Source: an uncultured Verrucomicrobia subdivision 3 bacterium (lineage in GTDB: Bacteria; Verrucomicrobiota; Verrucomicrobiia; Limisphaerales; UBA11358). From it: a stretch of 64,000 nucleotides of DNA. The translations under genes and the position numbers were made by a program. Shown here piece by piece: positions 45,573-56,100 of this stretch. Numbering within the stretch: the first letter of the stretch is position 1; the number at the start of each line of letters is the position of its first letter. The notes under the pieces were generated by a model, which was not told the origin of the DNA, did no database searches, and saw only the letters and a program-made list of their open reading frames with translations. Location: positions 11,009-75,008 of the forward strand of contig CAJAQO010000286.1 of the NCBI GenBank assembly GCA_903944085.1, in the 5' to 3' direction.

Positions 45573-46718
45573 ATGACCATCCCGACGTTCATCCTAAAAA
45601 ACGCCCTGCGCAACAAGCGCCGCGCGCTGCTTTCCATTTCCAGCGGGGCGGTCAGCTTGTTTCTGTTGGTTACGTTGCAAGTCGCGCTGCGCGAACTCAC
45701 GCTGCCGCCGCAGAGCGCGGGCGCGGAACTGCGTGTCGCGGTGCGAAACAAAATTTCGATCACCAATCCTTTGCCGGTCCGGCAGCGCGGCATCATCGAG
45801 AAAATTCCCGGCGTCGAGGCCGTCACGCCGTTCACCTGGTTCGGCGGAAAATATAAAGGTGAGGAGGGCATGAGCTTTGCGCAATTTGCGATGGACGCGG
45901 ACAAGCTGCATTCCGTTTTTGGCGAGGCGAAGATGAACGGGGACGGCTACGAAAAATTTAACGCCACGAAAGACGCCTGCGTCCTCGGCAAAATCACGGC
46001 GGACAAATATCATTTGAAAGTCGGCGACCAGATGACGCTCGACAGCACGATTTATCCCGGCTCACTTTCGTTTCACATCGCCGGTATTTATTTCGGCACG
46101 CCGGACGACCGCAACATGCTTTTTCGCCAGGATTATCTGGACGAGTCCATCGGCGAACCGGGCTACGTCGGCATGTGGTGGCTCAAGGTGAAATCCGCCG
46201 ACGACATGGTGCCCGTCATCAAGGCAATCAACGCCGCGTTTCAAAATACTTCCGCCGAAGTGCGCGCGGAAAGCGAGCGCAACTTCCAGCTCGGTTTCAT
46301 TTCCATGCTCGGCAACATCAAAACGCTCATCGCGTCCATCAGCACCGTGGTCGTGTTCACGCTCGTGCTCGTCACCGCCAGCACAATGAGCATGGCCGTC
46401 CGCGAACGGTTTCGCGAGCTGGCCATTTTGAAAGCGCTGGGTTTCCGCCGACGCGAATTGTTTGCCTTCATCCTCGCCGAAAGTTTTGGCCTCGCCGTCG
46501 CCGGCGCGTTGCTCGGAATTGGCGGCGCTTACTGCCTCTACACTTTTGGCGACATCGGCAAAATGACGGCGGGAATTTTTGTTTCGTTTGAAGTCACGCC
46601 GCGCATCATGGGCGTTGCGGCGCTCGTCGCTGCGTTGCTCGGAATTATTGCCGCCGTCGCGCCGTCGCTGTCCGTCGCGCGCATGAGCGTGGTGAACGGC
46701 TTGAAAACATTGGATTAA
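45573..46718 (+). CDS. ABC transporter permease (FtsX/MacB-like)
   Basis: N-terminal TM, a large periplasmic loop and a C-terminal FtsX 3-TM bundle with ELAILKALGFRRREL. Confidence 0.85.
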   Translation: MTIPTFILKNALRNKRRALLSISSGAVSLFLLVTLQVALRELTLPPQSAGAELRVAVRNKISITNPLPVRQRGIIEKIPGVEAVTPFTWFGGKYKGEEGMSFAQFAMDADKLHSVFGEAKMNGDGYEKFNATKDACVLGKITADKYHLKVGDQMTLDSTIYPGSLSFHIAGIYFGTPDDRNMLFRQDYLDESIGEPGYVGMWWLKVKSADDMVPVIKAINAAFQNTSAEVRAESERNFQLGFISMLGNIKTLIASISTVVVFTLVLVTASTMSMAVRERFRELAILKALGFRRRELFAFILAESFGLAVAGALLGIGGAYCLYTFGDIGKMTAGIFVSFEVTPRIMGVAALVAALLGIIAAVAPSLSVARMSVVNGLKTLD

Positions 46719-46719
46719 A

Positions 46720-47883
46720 ATGGCTTTGCCGCTGACATATAATTTCCGCAATGTATTCGTCCGCTGGCGCGCGACGCTGGCGACGATTCTCGGCATCGGG
46801 CTGGTGGTCGCGGTGTTCGTGCTGGTGCAGGCGCTGGCGGTCGGATTGGAAAAATCCGCCAGCAACACCGGCGACCCGCGCAACATTATGATTGTCCGCA
46901 AAGGCTCGACCGCTGAATCCACCAGCATGGTTTCGCTCGCGCAATTTCAAATCATCCGCTACTGGGAACAAATCGCGCGCAACGAAGCCGGCGTGCCGCT
47001 GGTTTCCGCCGATGTCATCACGCTCATCAGCCAGCCGCGCATTGACGGTCGCGGCGAGGCGAATGTTTCCGTGCGCGGTTTGACGCCGGTGGGAATGTCG
47101 CTGCGTCCGCAGGTAAAATTAATTTCCGGCCGCTGGTTCACGCCGGGCAAACGCGAGGTGGCCGTGAGTCAAAAACTGGCGCGACGCTTTGCCGGTTTTC
47201 ATGTCGGCGACACGTTTCGCACCGCCGGCAACACGCTCACGGTGGTCGGCGAATTTGACGGCAGCAACAGCGCCTTTGATTCCGAGGTCTGGATGGACGC
47301 CGATGAAACGCGCTCGCTGTTTGACCGGCAGAATTATTCCAGCCTGCTCGTGCGTGCGGCGAGTCCGGCGGCGGGCAAGAAAATCATTTCGCGTATCGAA
47401 GCCGACAAGCGGCTGCCGCTGCTGGCGGAACCGGAAGTGAAATATTATGGCGACCAGACCGCGACGGCGCTGCCGATCAAAATTCTCGGCAACTTTCTCG
47501 CCACCGCCATGTCCATCGGCGCGGTGTTCGCGGCGATGAACACGATGTATGCGAGCGTCGGCTCGCGCACGCGCGAGATCGGCACGTTGCGCGTGCTGGG
47601 ATTTCGCCGACGCACCATCCTCGCGGGCTTCATCATCGAAGGCGCACTGCTGGCGGCTATCGGCGGCGTGATTGGTTGTGTGCTGGCGCTGCCGTTGGAC
47701 GGCATGTCCACCGGCACGATGAGTTTTAATTCATTCAGCGAAACGGTTTTTGAATTTCGCATCACGCCCTGGCTTGCAGCGAAGGGAATGATTTTCGCCG
47801 TGGTCGTCGGCGTCATCGGCAGCCTGCTGCCGGCCATCCGCGCGTCGCGATTGCCGGTCATCACCGCCTTGAAATCCGTCTGA
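46720..47883 (+). CDS. ABC transporter permease (FtsX/MacB-like), second copy
   Basis: Same architecture; EIGTLRVLGFRRRTIL motif. Confidence 0.85.
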   Translation: MALPLTYNFRNVFVRWRATLATILGIGLVVAVFVLVQALAVGLEKSASNTGDPRNIMIVRKGSTAESTSMVSLAQFQIIRYWEQIARNEAGVPLVSADVITLISQPRIDGRGEANVSVRGLTPVGMSLRPQVKLISGRWFTPGKREVAVSQKLARRFAGFHVGDTFRTAGNTLTVVGEFDGSNSAFDSEVWMDADETRSLFDRQNYSSLLVRAASPAAGKKIISRIEADKRLPLLAEPEVKYYGDQTATALPIKILGNFLATAMSIGAVFAAMNTMYASVGSRTREIGTLRVLGFRRRTILAGFIIEGALLAAIGGVIGCVLALPLDGMSTGTMSFNSFSETVFEFRITPWLAAKGMIFAVVVGVIGSLLPAIRASRLPVITALKSV

Positions 47884-47913
47884 CCATCGGTTAATTCATT
47901 CACAACGCTTTTC

Positions 47914-48912
47914 ATGAACACTGAAAAATTAAAAGCCCTGCAAATCGCGCCGGCGGAAAAAATCCGGCCGCAGCGCGCGTTTTGGAGCATCGTGATCGTG
48001 GTCGCCGCCGTGCTGCTGGGCACGATTGTGTTCATCAAACCGTGGGCGAAGGACAAACGTGAACTCGCCGGCAACGGTGCCGACGCTGCCAGCAATTCCA
48101 TTTCCACCGGAACCGACGCTGCGAAAACAGCCACGGCTCCGCCGGCAGAAAAAAATTCCACCGCCGCCAGCAATGACAGCGTGCTGACGGTCAACGGCTA
48201 CATCATCAACCGCGAGCGCATCGAAATCAGCCCGCGTTTCCTCGGCATGGTGAAATGGATCGGCGTGAAAAAAGGCGATGCCGTGACCAACGGCCAAGTG
48301 GTTGTGCAGTTGGACGACACCGAGTATCGCGCACAGCTGCATCAGGCCGAAGGCCAGTTGAACAACGCCCGTGCCGCCGTGGAACGCGACGAACTGAATT
48401 ACCAGCGCATCACCAATCTCATCAGCAGCGCGGTTGAATCCAAGCAGGCCGAGGACAACGCGCGGCTTGCGCTGGCGGCCGACCGCGCCAGCTTGCAGGC
48501 GGCGCAGGGCGCTTACGACCTGGCGAACACTTACGTGGGCTGGTGCGTGATCCATTCGCCCATCAATGGCGTCGTGCTGGAAAAGCTCGTCAATCCGGGC
48601 GAGCTGGTGATGCCGCAAAGTTTCGGCGGCGCGCGCGGCCCGAGCACGGCGCTGATGGCCGTGGCTGATTTGAAAGATTTGCAGGTGGAGATTGATGTGA
48701 ACGAAGCCGATCTTTCCAAAATTTCGCTGAACCAAAAATGCCGCGTCAGTCCGGAAGCCTATTCCGAAAAAACTTACGAGGGTTACGTCGCCGAAATCGC
48801 GCCCGAAGCCGACCGCGCCAAAGGCACCTTGCAGATCAAGGTGCAGATTGTGAATCCGGACAAATATCTGACGCCGCAGTTGAGCGCGAAGGTGGATTTT
48901 CTGAAGGATTAA
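47914..48912 (+). CDS. efflux periplasmic adaptor (HlyD/MacA family)
   Basis: N-terminal TM, a lipoyl-like VKKGDAVTNGQVVVQLDD, a coiled-coil hairpin and a beta-barrel C-terminus (GTLQIKVQIVNPD). Confidence 0.85.
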   Translation: MNTEKLKALQIAPAEKIRPQRAFWSIVIVVAAVLLGTIVFIKPWAKDKRELAGNGADAASNSISTGTDAAKTATAPPAEKNSTAASNDSVLTVNGYIINRERIEISPRFLGMVKWIGVKKGDAVTNGQVVVQLDDTEYRAQLHQAEGQLNNARAAVERDELNYQRITNLISSAVESKQAEDNARLALAADRASLQAAQGAYDLANTYVGWCVIHSPINGVVLEKLVNPGELVMPQSFGGARGPSTALMAVADLKDLQVEIDVNEADLSKISLNQKCRVSPEAYSEKTYEGYVAEIAPEADRAKGTLQIKVQIVNPDKYLTPQLSAKVDFLKD

Positions 48913-49065
48913 TTTGATCGCCCATTTTTCGGTGAGAAAAAGTGGTGGCAGCACCAGCATTGAACCGGGGACGCTGCGCGCACTTTTTCAACTTTTTAAA
49001 ATCTTTCGCCCGGAAGTTGCGCCATTCAAGCTCATGCGTCCTTTTTTCTGGCATCGTTTAATCAA

Positions 49066-51924
49066 GTGAGTTTTACTGGTTCCATGCCAGATTTACCCCG
49101 CCGTCTTCCTTTGCAGGTTGCACTTGGGGCGCTGGTGCTTTACACGCTGACCTTGAGTCACGGCGTGACGATGAACAGCTTGGCGCTGACCGCCAAGATT
49201 GCCGGCTGGAACTCGGAGCCAATGCTGGGACAACCGTTGCTTTGGCTGCTGACGCTGCCATTGCGGCTGCTGCCGGAAGCTTGGACGGCATGGGAGCTCA
49301 ATTTTTTTTCCGCAGTCATCGCCGCGCTGACGCTGGGATTGCTGGCCCGTTCGATCCAATTATTGCCTTGGAACAAGCCTTGGGAAAATGCCCAAGCTGG
49401 CGCGTTGCCAGTTTTGTTGGCGTGCGTTCTTTGTGGCTTGGAATTCAACTTCTGGCAGGAAGCCACCGCCGCCACCGGCGAGATGCTGGACTTGCTGCTG
49501 CTGGCAACGTCCGTCTGGCTGCTGCTGGAATACCGTGTCCGCCGTGAATCCCGCTGGGTGAACGCGGCGGCTTTCGTTTGGGGGCTGGGCATGACGGAAA
49601 ACTGGCTGATGCTGCTGACGCTGCCGATTTTTGTCGTGAGCCTGATCTGGCTGCGCAAACGGCACTTCCTGCGACCGAGCTTTTTGTTGCGGATGGCCGG
49701 ACTTGGTCTGGCCGGATTTTCTTTTTACGTCCTGCTGCCGCTGGCTAATGGATTGAATCCGCATTCTCCCTGGAGCCTGGGGCAGGCCTGGCTCGCCAGT
49801 TTGCGGCAGTCCAAAAACCTGATCCAAATATTTTACCATCAATTCTGGATGTCGCACCAGTTGGTAACGCTGGCGGTGGCGGTGTATTTTCTGGTGCCCA
49901 CGCTGGCCTGTCTGGTGCGGCTCCGCGAGGATGGCGTTAAAAACAAATCGCGGGTGGAGCGTTTTCAACTGTGGATTTACTGGCGGGTGCGGCTGGCCTT
50001 GCTGCTGGCCTGCCTGGTGCTGGCGTTTGACCCGGTCATCGGCCCGCGACAAATTCTGCATCAACAATTGGGCGTCTCCATGCCGCTGCTGACGTTTGAT
50101 TATTTGAACGCCGTGGGCGCCGCCTTTTTGGCCGGCAACTTGATGCTGATTTCACAGCGCGCGGGGCTGCGCCGCCAGCGTTCTAAAAATAAAATCAAGT
50201 GGCGGCAACTGGTGTTCCCATTCGGTGCCGCCTGCCTCGGCCTGCTGATCTTGGGGCTCGTTGGAAAAAATGCCGGAGCCATTCTGAATCCAAATTTTCA
50301 TCCCTTGCAACGCTTCGGTGAACTGGCCTTTGAGTCCTTGCCCGCCGGTCCGGGAATAATGTTGGCCGACGAACCGCAGAAACTTTGGGTCTTTCAAGCT
50401 GCCTTGGCCCATCAGCGACGGCGGGCAGATTGGCTGGCCGTGGATACGCACCAGTTGCCAAACGTGGCCTATCGCGCCCGGCTCGAACACCGGCGGGCGC
50501 TCGGCTGGCTGACCGATGAAAACCGGCACGAACTGTCGCCCATCGAAACCACGCATTTGCTCGAACAAATCGCCCGCACCAACCGCTTGTTCTATCTGCA
50601 TCCCAGCTATGGTGCTTTTTTCGAGCGGTTCTATCTGGAGCCCAACGGTGCCAGTTACAAAATGATCCTGCGTGAAAGCCAAAACCCGGAGCTTCCCCAG
50701 TTATCCGCCGCCGTCGTGAACGCAAATGAAAACTTCTGGAACAATGCCTGGCAAAACGAACTGGAGCCGCTCGTGCCTGCGGCTGCCCGACGGCTGACGG
50801 ACAGACAGATCAAACTCGAAAAACTCGGCTTCACCCGGACGCCGCGGATACAGAATCTTCTGCTGGCCGACTGGTATTCGATGACGCTAGACGGCTGGGG
50901 CGTGATGCTGCAAGGTCAAGGCCGTTGGTCCGGGTCGCAGCAACGCTTGGAACAGGCGTTGCAATTGAACACGAATAATTTTTCGGCGCGGATCAGTCTG
51001 GTCTGCAACACCAACCTCCAGTCGGGCCGCAAGCTGGGGCTGGCCGAGTTACACACCGTGGCCGGCCAGTTGGAAAATCCCCGGCGCTTGAGCCTGCTGA
51101 TGAACCAATGCGGCCCGTTTGACGAACCGGTTTTTTGCTATCTGCTCGGCTGCACCTATGCGCAATCCGGTCTGCTGCTGCAGGCGGCCCGCCAGTTCGA
51201 ACGCACCCGCTCGCTCGCGCCCGGCGTGCCTGCTCCGGAATTTGCCCTCGCGGACGTTTACACCCGGCTCCAACAAACTGACCGTGCCCGGCCGATCATC
51301 AGTCATTTGCGGGATGAAGCCAAAAAAATTTCGGCTGATGGGGCCGTGGATTTTGAACTGGCGGTGCTGGAGGCGAATTTCTGGCTGGCGCAAACCAACA
51401 TCGCCAACGCCCGCAATGCGCTCCAGTCGGTTTTGCAGCAGCATCCCGATGATCCCCAGATCCGGAATCGGGTAATGAGCGCCTACCTGGCTTTTGGAGA
51501 TTTCACCAACGCCCTCCAGATCGTCAACGCGCAGCTCGATCAGTCACCGGACGACGTGCCAGGGCTGAACCGCCAGGCCGCCATTTTGATTCAGTCGGGC
51601 AATCCCGCCGCCGCCATTCCGGTGCTGAACCGCGTCCTCACCCTCACCAACCAGCCGATGGCCCGGCTCAATCGAGCCATCGCCCAATTGGCCTGTCAGG
51701 ATTTCGCGGCGGCGGAAACCGATTTCCGCGACCTCGACAAATCAGGTTGGGAACCCGGCCGTGTCAACTATGGCTTGGCGGCGATTGCCGAGCAGCGGCA
51801 CGACACGAACCAAATTGTGCATTGCTTGCGGCTTTGTCTCAGCAACACCCCGGCGGGAACGCTCTTCTGGCACGAAGCCAGCATCCGGTTGCAGCGGCTT
51901 GGAGCCGATCCCAGCGCACGCTAG
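49066..51924 (+). CDS. large polytopic membrane protein (DUF2723/glycosyltransferase-C-like N-terminus) with C-terminal TPR repeats
   Basis: About 12 hydrophobic segments in the first roughly 400 aa. The C-terminal roughly 350 aa has TPR-like A..F....L.P motifs. Family assignment is from pattern only; start is GTG 49066 or ATG 49084. Confidence 0.5.
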   Translation: MSFTGSMPDLPRRLPLQVALGALVLYTLTLSHGVTMNSLALTAKIAGWNSEPMLGQPLLWLLTLPLRLLPEAWTAWELNFFSAVIAALTLGLLARSIQLLPWNKPWENAQAGALPVLLACVLCGLEFNFWQEATAATGEMLDLLLLATSVWLLLEYRVRRESRWVNAAAFVWGLGMTENWLMLLTLPIFVVSLIWLRKRHFLRPSFLLRMAGLGLAGFSFYVLLPLANGLNPHSPWSLGQAWLASLRQSKNLIQIFYHQFWMSHQLVTLAVAVYFLVPTLACLVRLREDGVKNKSRVERFQLWIYWRVRLALLLACLVLAFDPVIGPRQILHQQLGVSMPLLTFDYLNAVGAAFLAGNLMLISQRAGLRRQRSKNKIKWRQLVFPFGAACLGLLILGLVGKNAGAILNPNFHPLQRFGELAFESLPAGPGIMLADEPQKLWVFQAALAHQRRRADWLAVDTHQLPNVAYRARLEHRRALGWLTDENRHELSPIETTHLLEQIARTNRLFYLHPSYGAFFERFYLEPNGASYKMILRESQNPELPQLSAAVVNANENFWNNAWQNELEPLVPAAARRLTDRQIKLEKLGFTRTPRIQNLLLADWYSMTLDGWGVMLQGQGRWSGSQQRLEQALQLNTNNFSARISLVCNTNLQSGRKLGLAELHTVAGQLENPRRLSLLMNQCGPFDEPVFCYLLGCTYAQSGLLLQAARQFERTRSLAPGVPAPEFALADVYTRLQQTDRARPIISHLRDEAKKISADGAVDFELAVLEANFWLAQTNIANARNALQSVLQQHPDDPQIRNRVMSAYLAFGDFTNALQIVNAQLDQSPDDVPGLNRQAAILIQSGNPAAAIPVLNRVLTLTNQPMARLNRAIAQLACQDFAAAETDFRDLDKSGWEPGRVNYGLAAIAEQRHDTNQIVHCLRLCLSNTPAGTLFWHEASIRLQRLGADPSAR

Positions 51925-52040
51925 AAGAATGTTTAATCAGAGATATAAATTTCTTCTAAAGTGGGTTGACGGGCAACGCGGCTTTTGTTTTAATTCGCTG
52001 TAACGAAGCGAACTGTGCAGAATAATCACCAAAAAAATCT

Positions 52041-52721
52041 ATGAGTTTAAAAATTGCCGGACAATTCTCAATGGCTGTTACCTGCGCGGCTGGTTTGACG
52101 TGCGCCATGCTTCCAATTTCCGCAAATGCCCAATCAACCATTCCCGGTGTTTTTAGCACGGGGGTTGATAGTTTGGGAAATCTCCTGCCTGGCGCACAGA
52201 TTGACCCGCACTACACGATCACCAGTTCTCCGCTCGGCAGCAGTTCAGCCTATGCCACTTCGCCGATAAATCCATATTGGGGGGCAAACACCGTCACCTC
52301 GGCTTGGATCAATCAAACCGGGGATGCCACTGGACCCACCGATGATGAACCGGCGGGAACTTATGTTTATACCTTGACGTTTAATCTGGTCGGATTCAAT
52401 CCGGCCACGGCAAACATTACCGGCGAATGGCTTTCCGACGACTCCTCAAGCATCTGGCTTAACGGGGTTCAAACTGCATTTTCAAATACCTCCAACACCG
52501 CGTTTGCCTTTTTCACGCTCAATAGCGGATTTACCGCCGGCGTCAACACGCTGCAGTTTTACATAACCCAGATCGCCCAAGGCCCGATTAACCCCGAAGG
52601 CTTGCAGGCAAACATTTTCACTGCAACTGCGGTGGCAGTGCCTGAACCGGCACCGGTCAGCCTTTCACTCATCGGCTGCCTGAGCTGGTTTCTGATCCGA
52701 AAGCTTAAAAAGCAGGTTTGA
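52041..52721 (+). CDS. PEP-CTERM-anchored secreted protein
   Basis: N-terminal signal peptide. The C-terminus VPEPAPVSLSLIGCLSWFLIRKLKKQV has PEP, a TM helix and a basic tail. Confidence 0.8.
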   Translation: MSLKIAGQFSMAVTCAAGLTCAMLPISANAQSTIPGVFSTGVDSLGNLLPGAQIDPHYTITSSPLGSSSAYATSPINPYWGANTVTSAWINQTGDATGPTDDEPAGTYVYTLTFNLVGFNPATANITGEWLSDDSSSIWLNGVQTAFSNTSNTAFAFFTLNSGFTAGVNTLQFYITQIAQGPINPEGLQANIFTATAVAVPEPAPVSLSLIGCLSWFLIRKLKKQV

Positions 52722-53168
52722 TATTTTCTTAAGTGTTAGGTGTGGCGTTGAAGAAGGCGGCGCGGGCTTTGTAGCGCTGAACCGGGTTTTTTTGATCTCG
52801 GCCTCAATCGCAGCCAATTGGCGCTGATGCTCGATGATTTTATCTGGATCTCCCGCGTCGAATGTTTCGACCAACTCCTCGCGCTATTGCGCCAACCGTT
52901 GCAACTGGTGTTCGGGCGTCTCGCCCGATGATCGAACTGGCGGTGAGACGCCGCCGGCACTCGCCGCCGAGGACGGCCGCGCTACCTTGGCTCCGGTTCA
53001 GGGATGCAAGGCGCGAAATTCGTTCTCGAGAAATTCTTGCGGACACCCTTGCTCGGCACATGGGGGGCGATTGCCCGTCAAGTCAGCCGTGAAGCCAAAG
53101 CCAATTTTTATTTCGCCGCCGGTCGCTTCCTGCTAAAACTTTTGCAGGTGGATTTACCCAAACCAGCC

Positions 53169-56100
53169 ATGTCTCCGGTCACCGGCGAACGCCTCGTGCG
53201 CTTCATCGGCGACAAAATCCTTTTCTCCATCAACGCCGGCAGGAATTTCGCCGCGCCGAAAAACTGGCGCGCGCGACTCCGCACCAATCTCGGCCGCGCC
53301 GCCGCCCGCCGCCAAGAAATCATCTCCGCCCATGCCGGCCGGGCGGTGGTCGCCAATTCCTCCTGGCGGGACGTGCCGATGCAACCAACCGCCGAAGGCT
53401 GGGCCATTGAGCTGCCGCTCGCGGAAGTCGGCTACTTTCAGGCCAAGGCTTACCTGCTCGACGAAAAAAACTGGCAGCACTGGCCCGATGGCGCGGACGC
53501 CGGCATTTCGGTGCATCCGAATTTTGCCCGGACGGCGAACACCCTTTACTGCGCCTTCACCCGGCTTTTCGGGGCGACCAAAAATCTCGCGGCCACCGCC
53601 GATGAAAAATTGGATACGCAGTTGAAATCGCTGGAAGCGCAAGGCTACGCCACGCTGCCGCCGTCGGGCAAATTCCGCGACCTCACGCGGCAGTTGCCCT
53701 TCATCGTCAACCAACTCGGCTGCCGGATCATTCATCTCTTGCCGGTGCATCCGACGCCCACGACCTACGCGCGCTTCGGTCGTTTCGGCAGTCCTTACGC
53801 CGCGCTGGATTTGACGGCGGTTGATCCCGCGCTCGTCGAATTCGACCAATGCACCACCGGTATTGACCAGTTTTGCGAACTAACTTACGCGGCACATTCG
53901 CTCGGCGCGCGCGTGTTCATTGATATCGTCATCAACCACACCGGCTGGGGTTCGAGCTTGCAGGAAAATCACCCGGAGTTTTTCCTGAAAAATCCCGACG
54001 GCTCATTCGCCAGTCCCGGCGCGTGGGGCACGGTCTGGGAAGATTTGGTGGAACTCGAACAGCACAGCGTCAAACTTTGGGATCTCATCGCCGACTCGCT
54101 GCTCGTCTGGTGCCGGCGCGGCGTGGATGGTTTTCGCTGCGACGCCGGCTACAAAATTCCCGCGCCCGCCTGGCAATACATCGTCGCCCGCGTGCAGGAG
54201 GAATTTCCCGAAACCATTTTTCTGCTCGAAGGTCTTGGCGGCTCGTGGGACGCGACGGAACTTTTGCTAACCGAAGGCGGGATGCAATGGGCGTATTCCG
54301 AATTGTTCCAAAATTATTCCGGCAAAGAGGTCGCGTGGTATCTCGACTACGCCAGCCGGCAAAATGAACGCGTCGGCAGCTACGTGAATTATTCCGAAAC
54401 GCACGATAACGACCGTCTCGCGAAAAAAGGCCGCGCCTGGTCGCTCCTGCGAAATCGGCTGTGCGCGCTGACCAGTCCGAGCGGCGGTTTCGGTTTCACC
54501 TGCGGCGTGGAATGGCTGGCGACGGAAAAAATAAAAGTCCACGGCAACACCGGCCTGAACTGGGACGCCGCCGAAAACATCGTGCCCGAACTCGCGCAGC
54601 TCAACCAGCTCGTCGCCGATCATCCATGCTTTTTCGACGGCGCAAGACTCACGCGCCTGAGTGCGCCCGATTCACCAGTTTACGCGCTGCTCCGCGAATC
54701 CGCCGAAGGCAAGGATTTCGTTTTAATTTTGGTCAACACGGAGCTGGAAAATCCAAACGCGCTGACGCTCGAAGTTTCCGCTTTCCACTTTCCGCTTTCC
54801 GCTTTTGCGTTTGATTTGCTCGGCCAGCCGCTCCCGAAAATTTCCGCCACCAAAAACGAAATCGCGTTCACACTTCCGCCGGGCGCAGTCTTCTGCCTCG
54901 CGCCGACCGAGAAACCTGCCGGTTTGAGCGGCGATAATTACCGCCGTGTCCGCGCGCAAGCCGCCTGGGCCTTGGAATCATTGAATAAAATCGTTGCCGC
55001 CGAAACCATTGACGGCCTCGACTGGCTGTGGCTCGCGGCGCAGGTTGAATCGTCGCCGAAAAATTTTCTCGCCGCTGCCAGCGAATTCGCCGCGCGCGAA
55101 GCCAAAACTTCGCTCGCCGATTTGTTGGCTGAAGTCAGCGCCGGAAAGGTTTTTCCCCGCGTGGTCGAATGGACATTGCTGGATGCCCGCCGCGTCACGC
55201 TCGTGCCGCCCGGTCATTGGCTGCTGATTGAAGATTCCGCGCCGTTCCGGGCCGAATTGCGAAGTCAGAAGCCAGAAGTCAGAAGTCAGAATGAAACTGC
55301 GGTCACGTGCCACATCCAGTCCATCGCCGTCGGCGACCGGCACATCGCAACATTTGCGCCGCGCGATACAACGGCCGAATCCAATTTAATTGTGGAACGC
55401 TACGCGACCACTTCGCCAAAAGTTTCCGCCGCCATTCGTTTTCTTTCCGCCAATCCGCAATCCGCAATCCGCAATCCGCAATCCGGCGACCTGGTTTTAT
55501 TGACGAATGGTATCGGCGGCATGGCGCGGCTGTGCGTGGACCTGGGCCGCATAAATTCCAAATACGACTGCGCGCTCGGCGCAAATCTGAATCCCGCCGT
55601 GCCGGTGGACCGCCACGTTTTGGTGAAGCGAATCCGCGCCTGGGTGAATGCGGACGGTTTTCTGTCGCCGTTGGATTTCAAAAATCTCGCGTCGTTCCAG
55701 CCCGGCTCGCCGGCCGTCTGGAATTTTGTGGCGAACGCCGGCGACGGCCGCACGGTGGAAATTGAACTGCGCGCGGAAATGCTCGACGGCAAAAACACCA
55801 CCGTTTTTTACTTTCGCCGGCCCACGGAAAAACTCGCACAGGGAAAACAGTTGCCTGCCGACGCCGATGTGCGCTTGACCGTGCGCGTGGACATCGAAGA
55901 CCGGAATTTTCACAGCGAAACCAAACGCAACAGCGGCGCGGATTTCCATTTCGCGTCGAATTGCCATCCGATTGGTAGCAGCCGACGTGAGGAGGCTCAT
56001 TCTAAAAAGGCGCAAGGCGGAAGGCAGAAGGCGGAAATTAATTTGAGCCTCGTCACCTCGGCTGCTACAGAATTATTAACGGGCTTCATCTTCACGCCCG

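Noticed and set aside
52665-53168. Small ORFs (52665-52874, 52736-52960, 52840-53061) and the N-terminal extension of the debranching-enzyme ORF (53004-53168)
   Set aside because: They are mutually overlapping, Arg-rich or lacking motifs. The enzyme homology begins after ATG 53169. This is probably just promoter/leader sequence.
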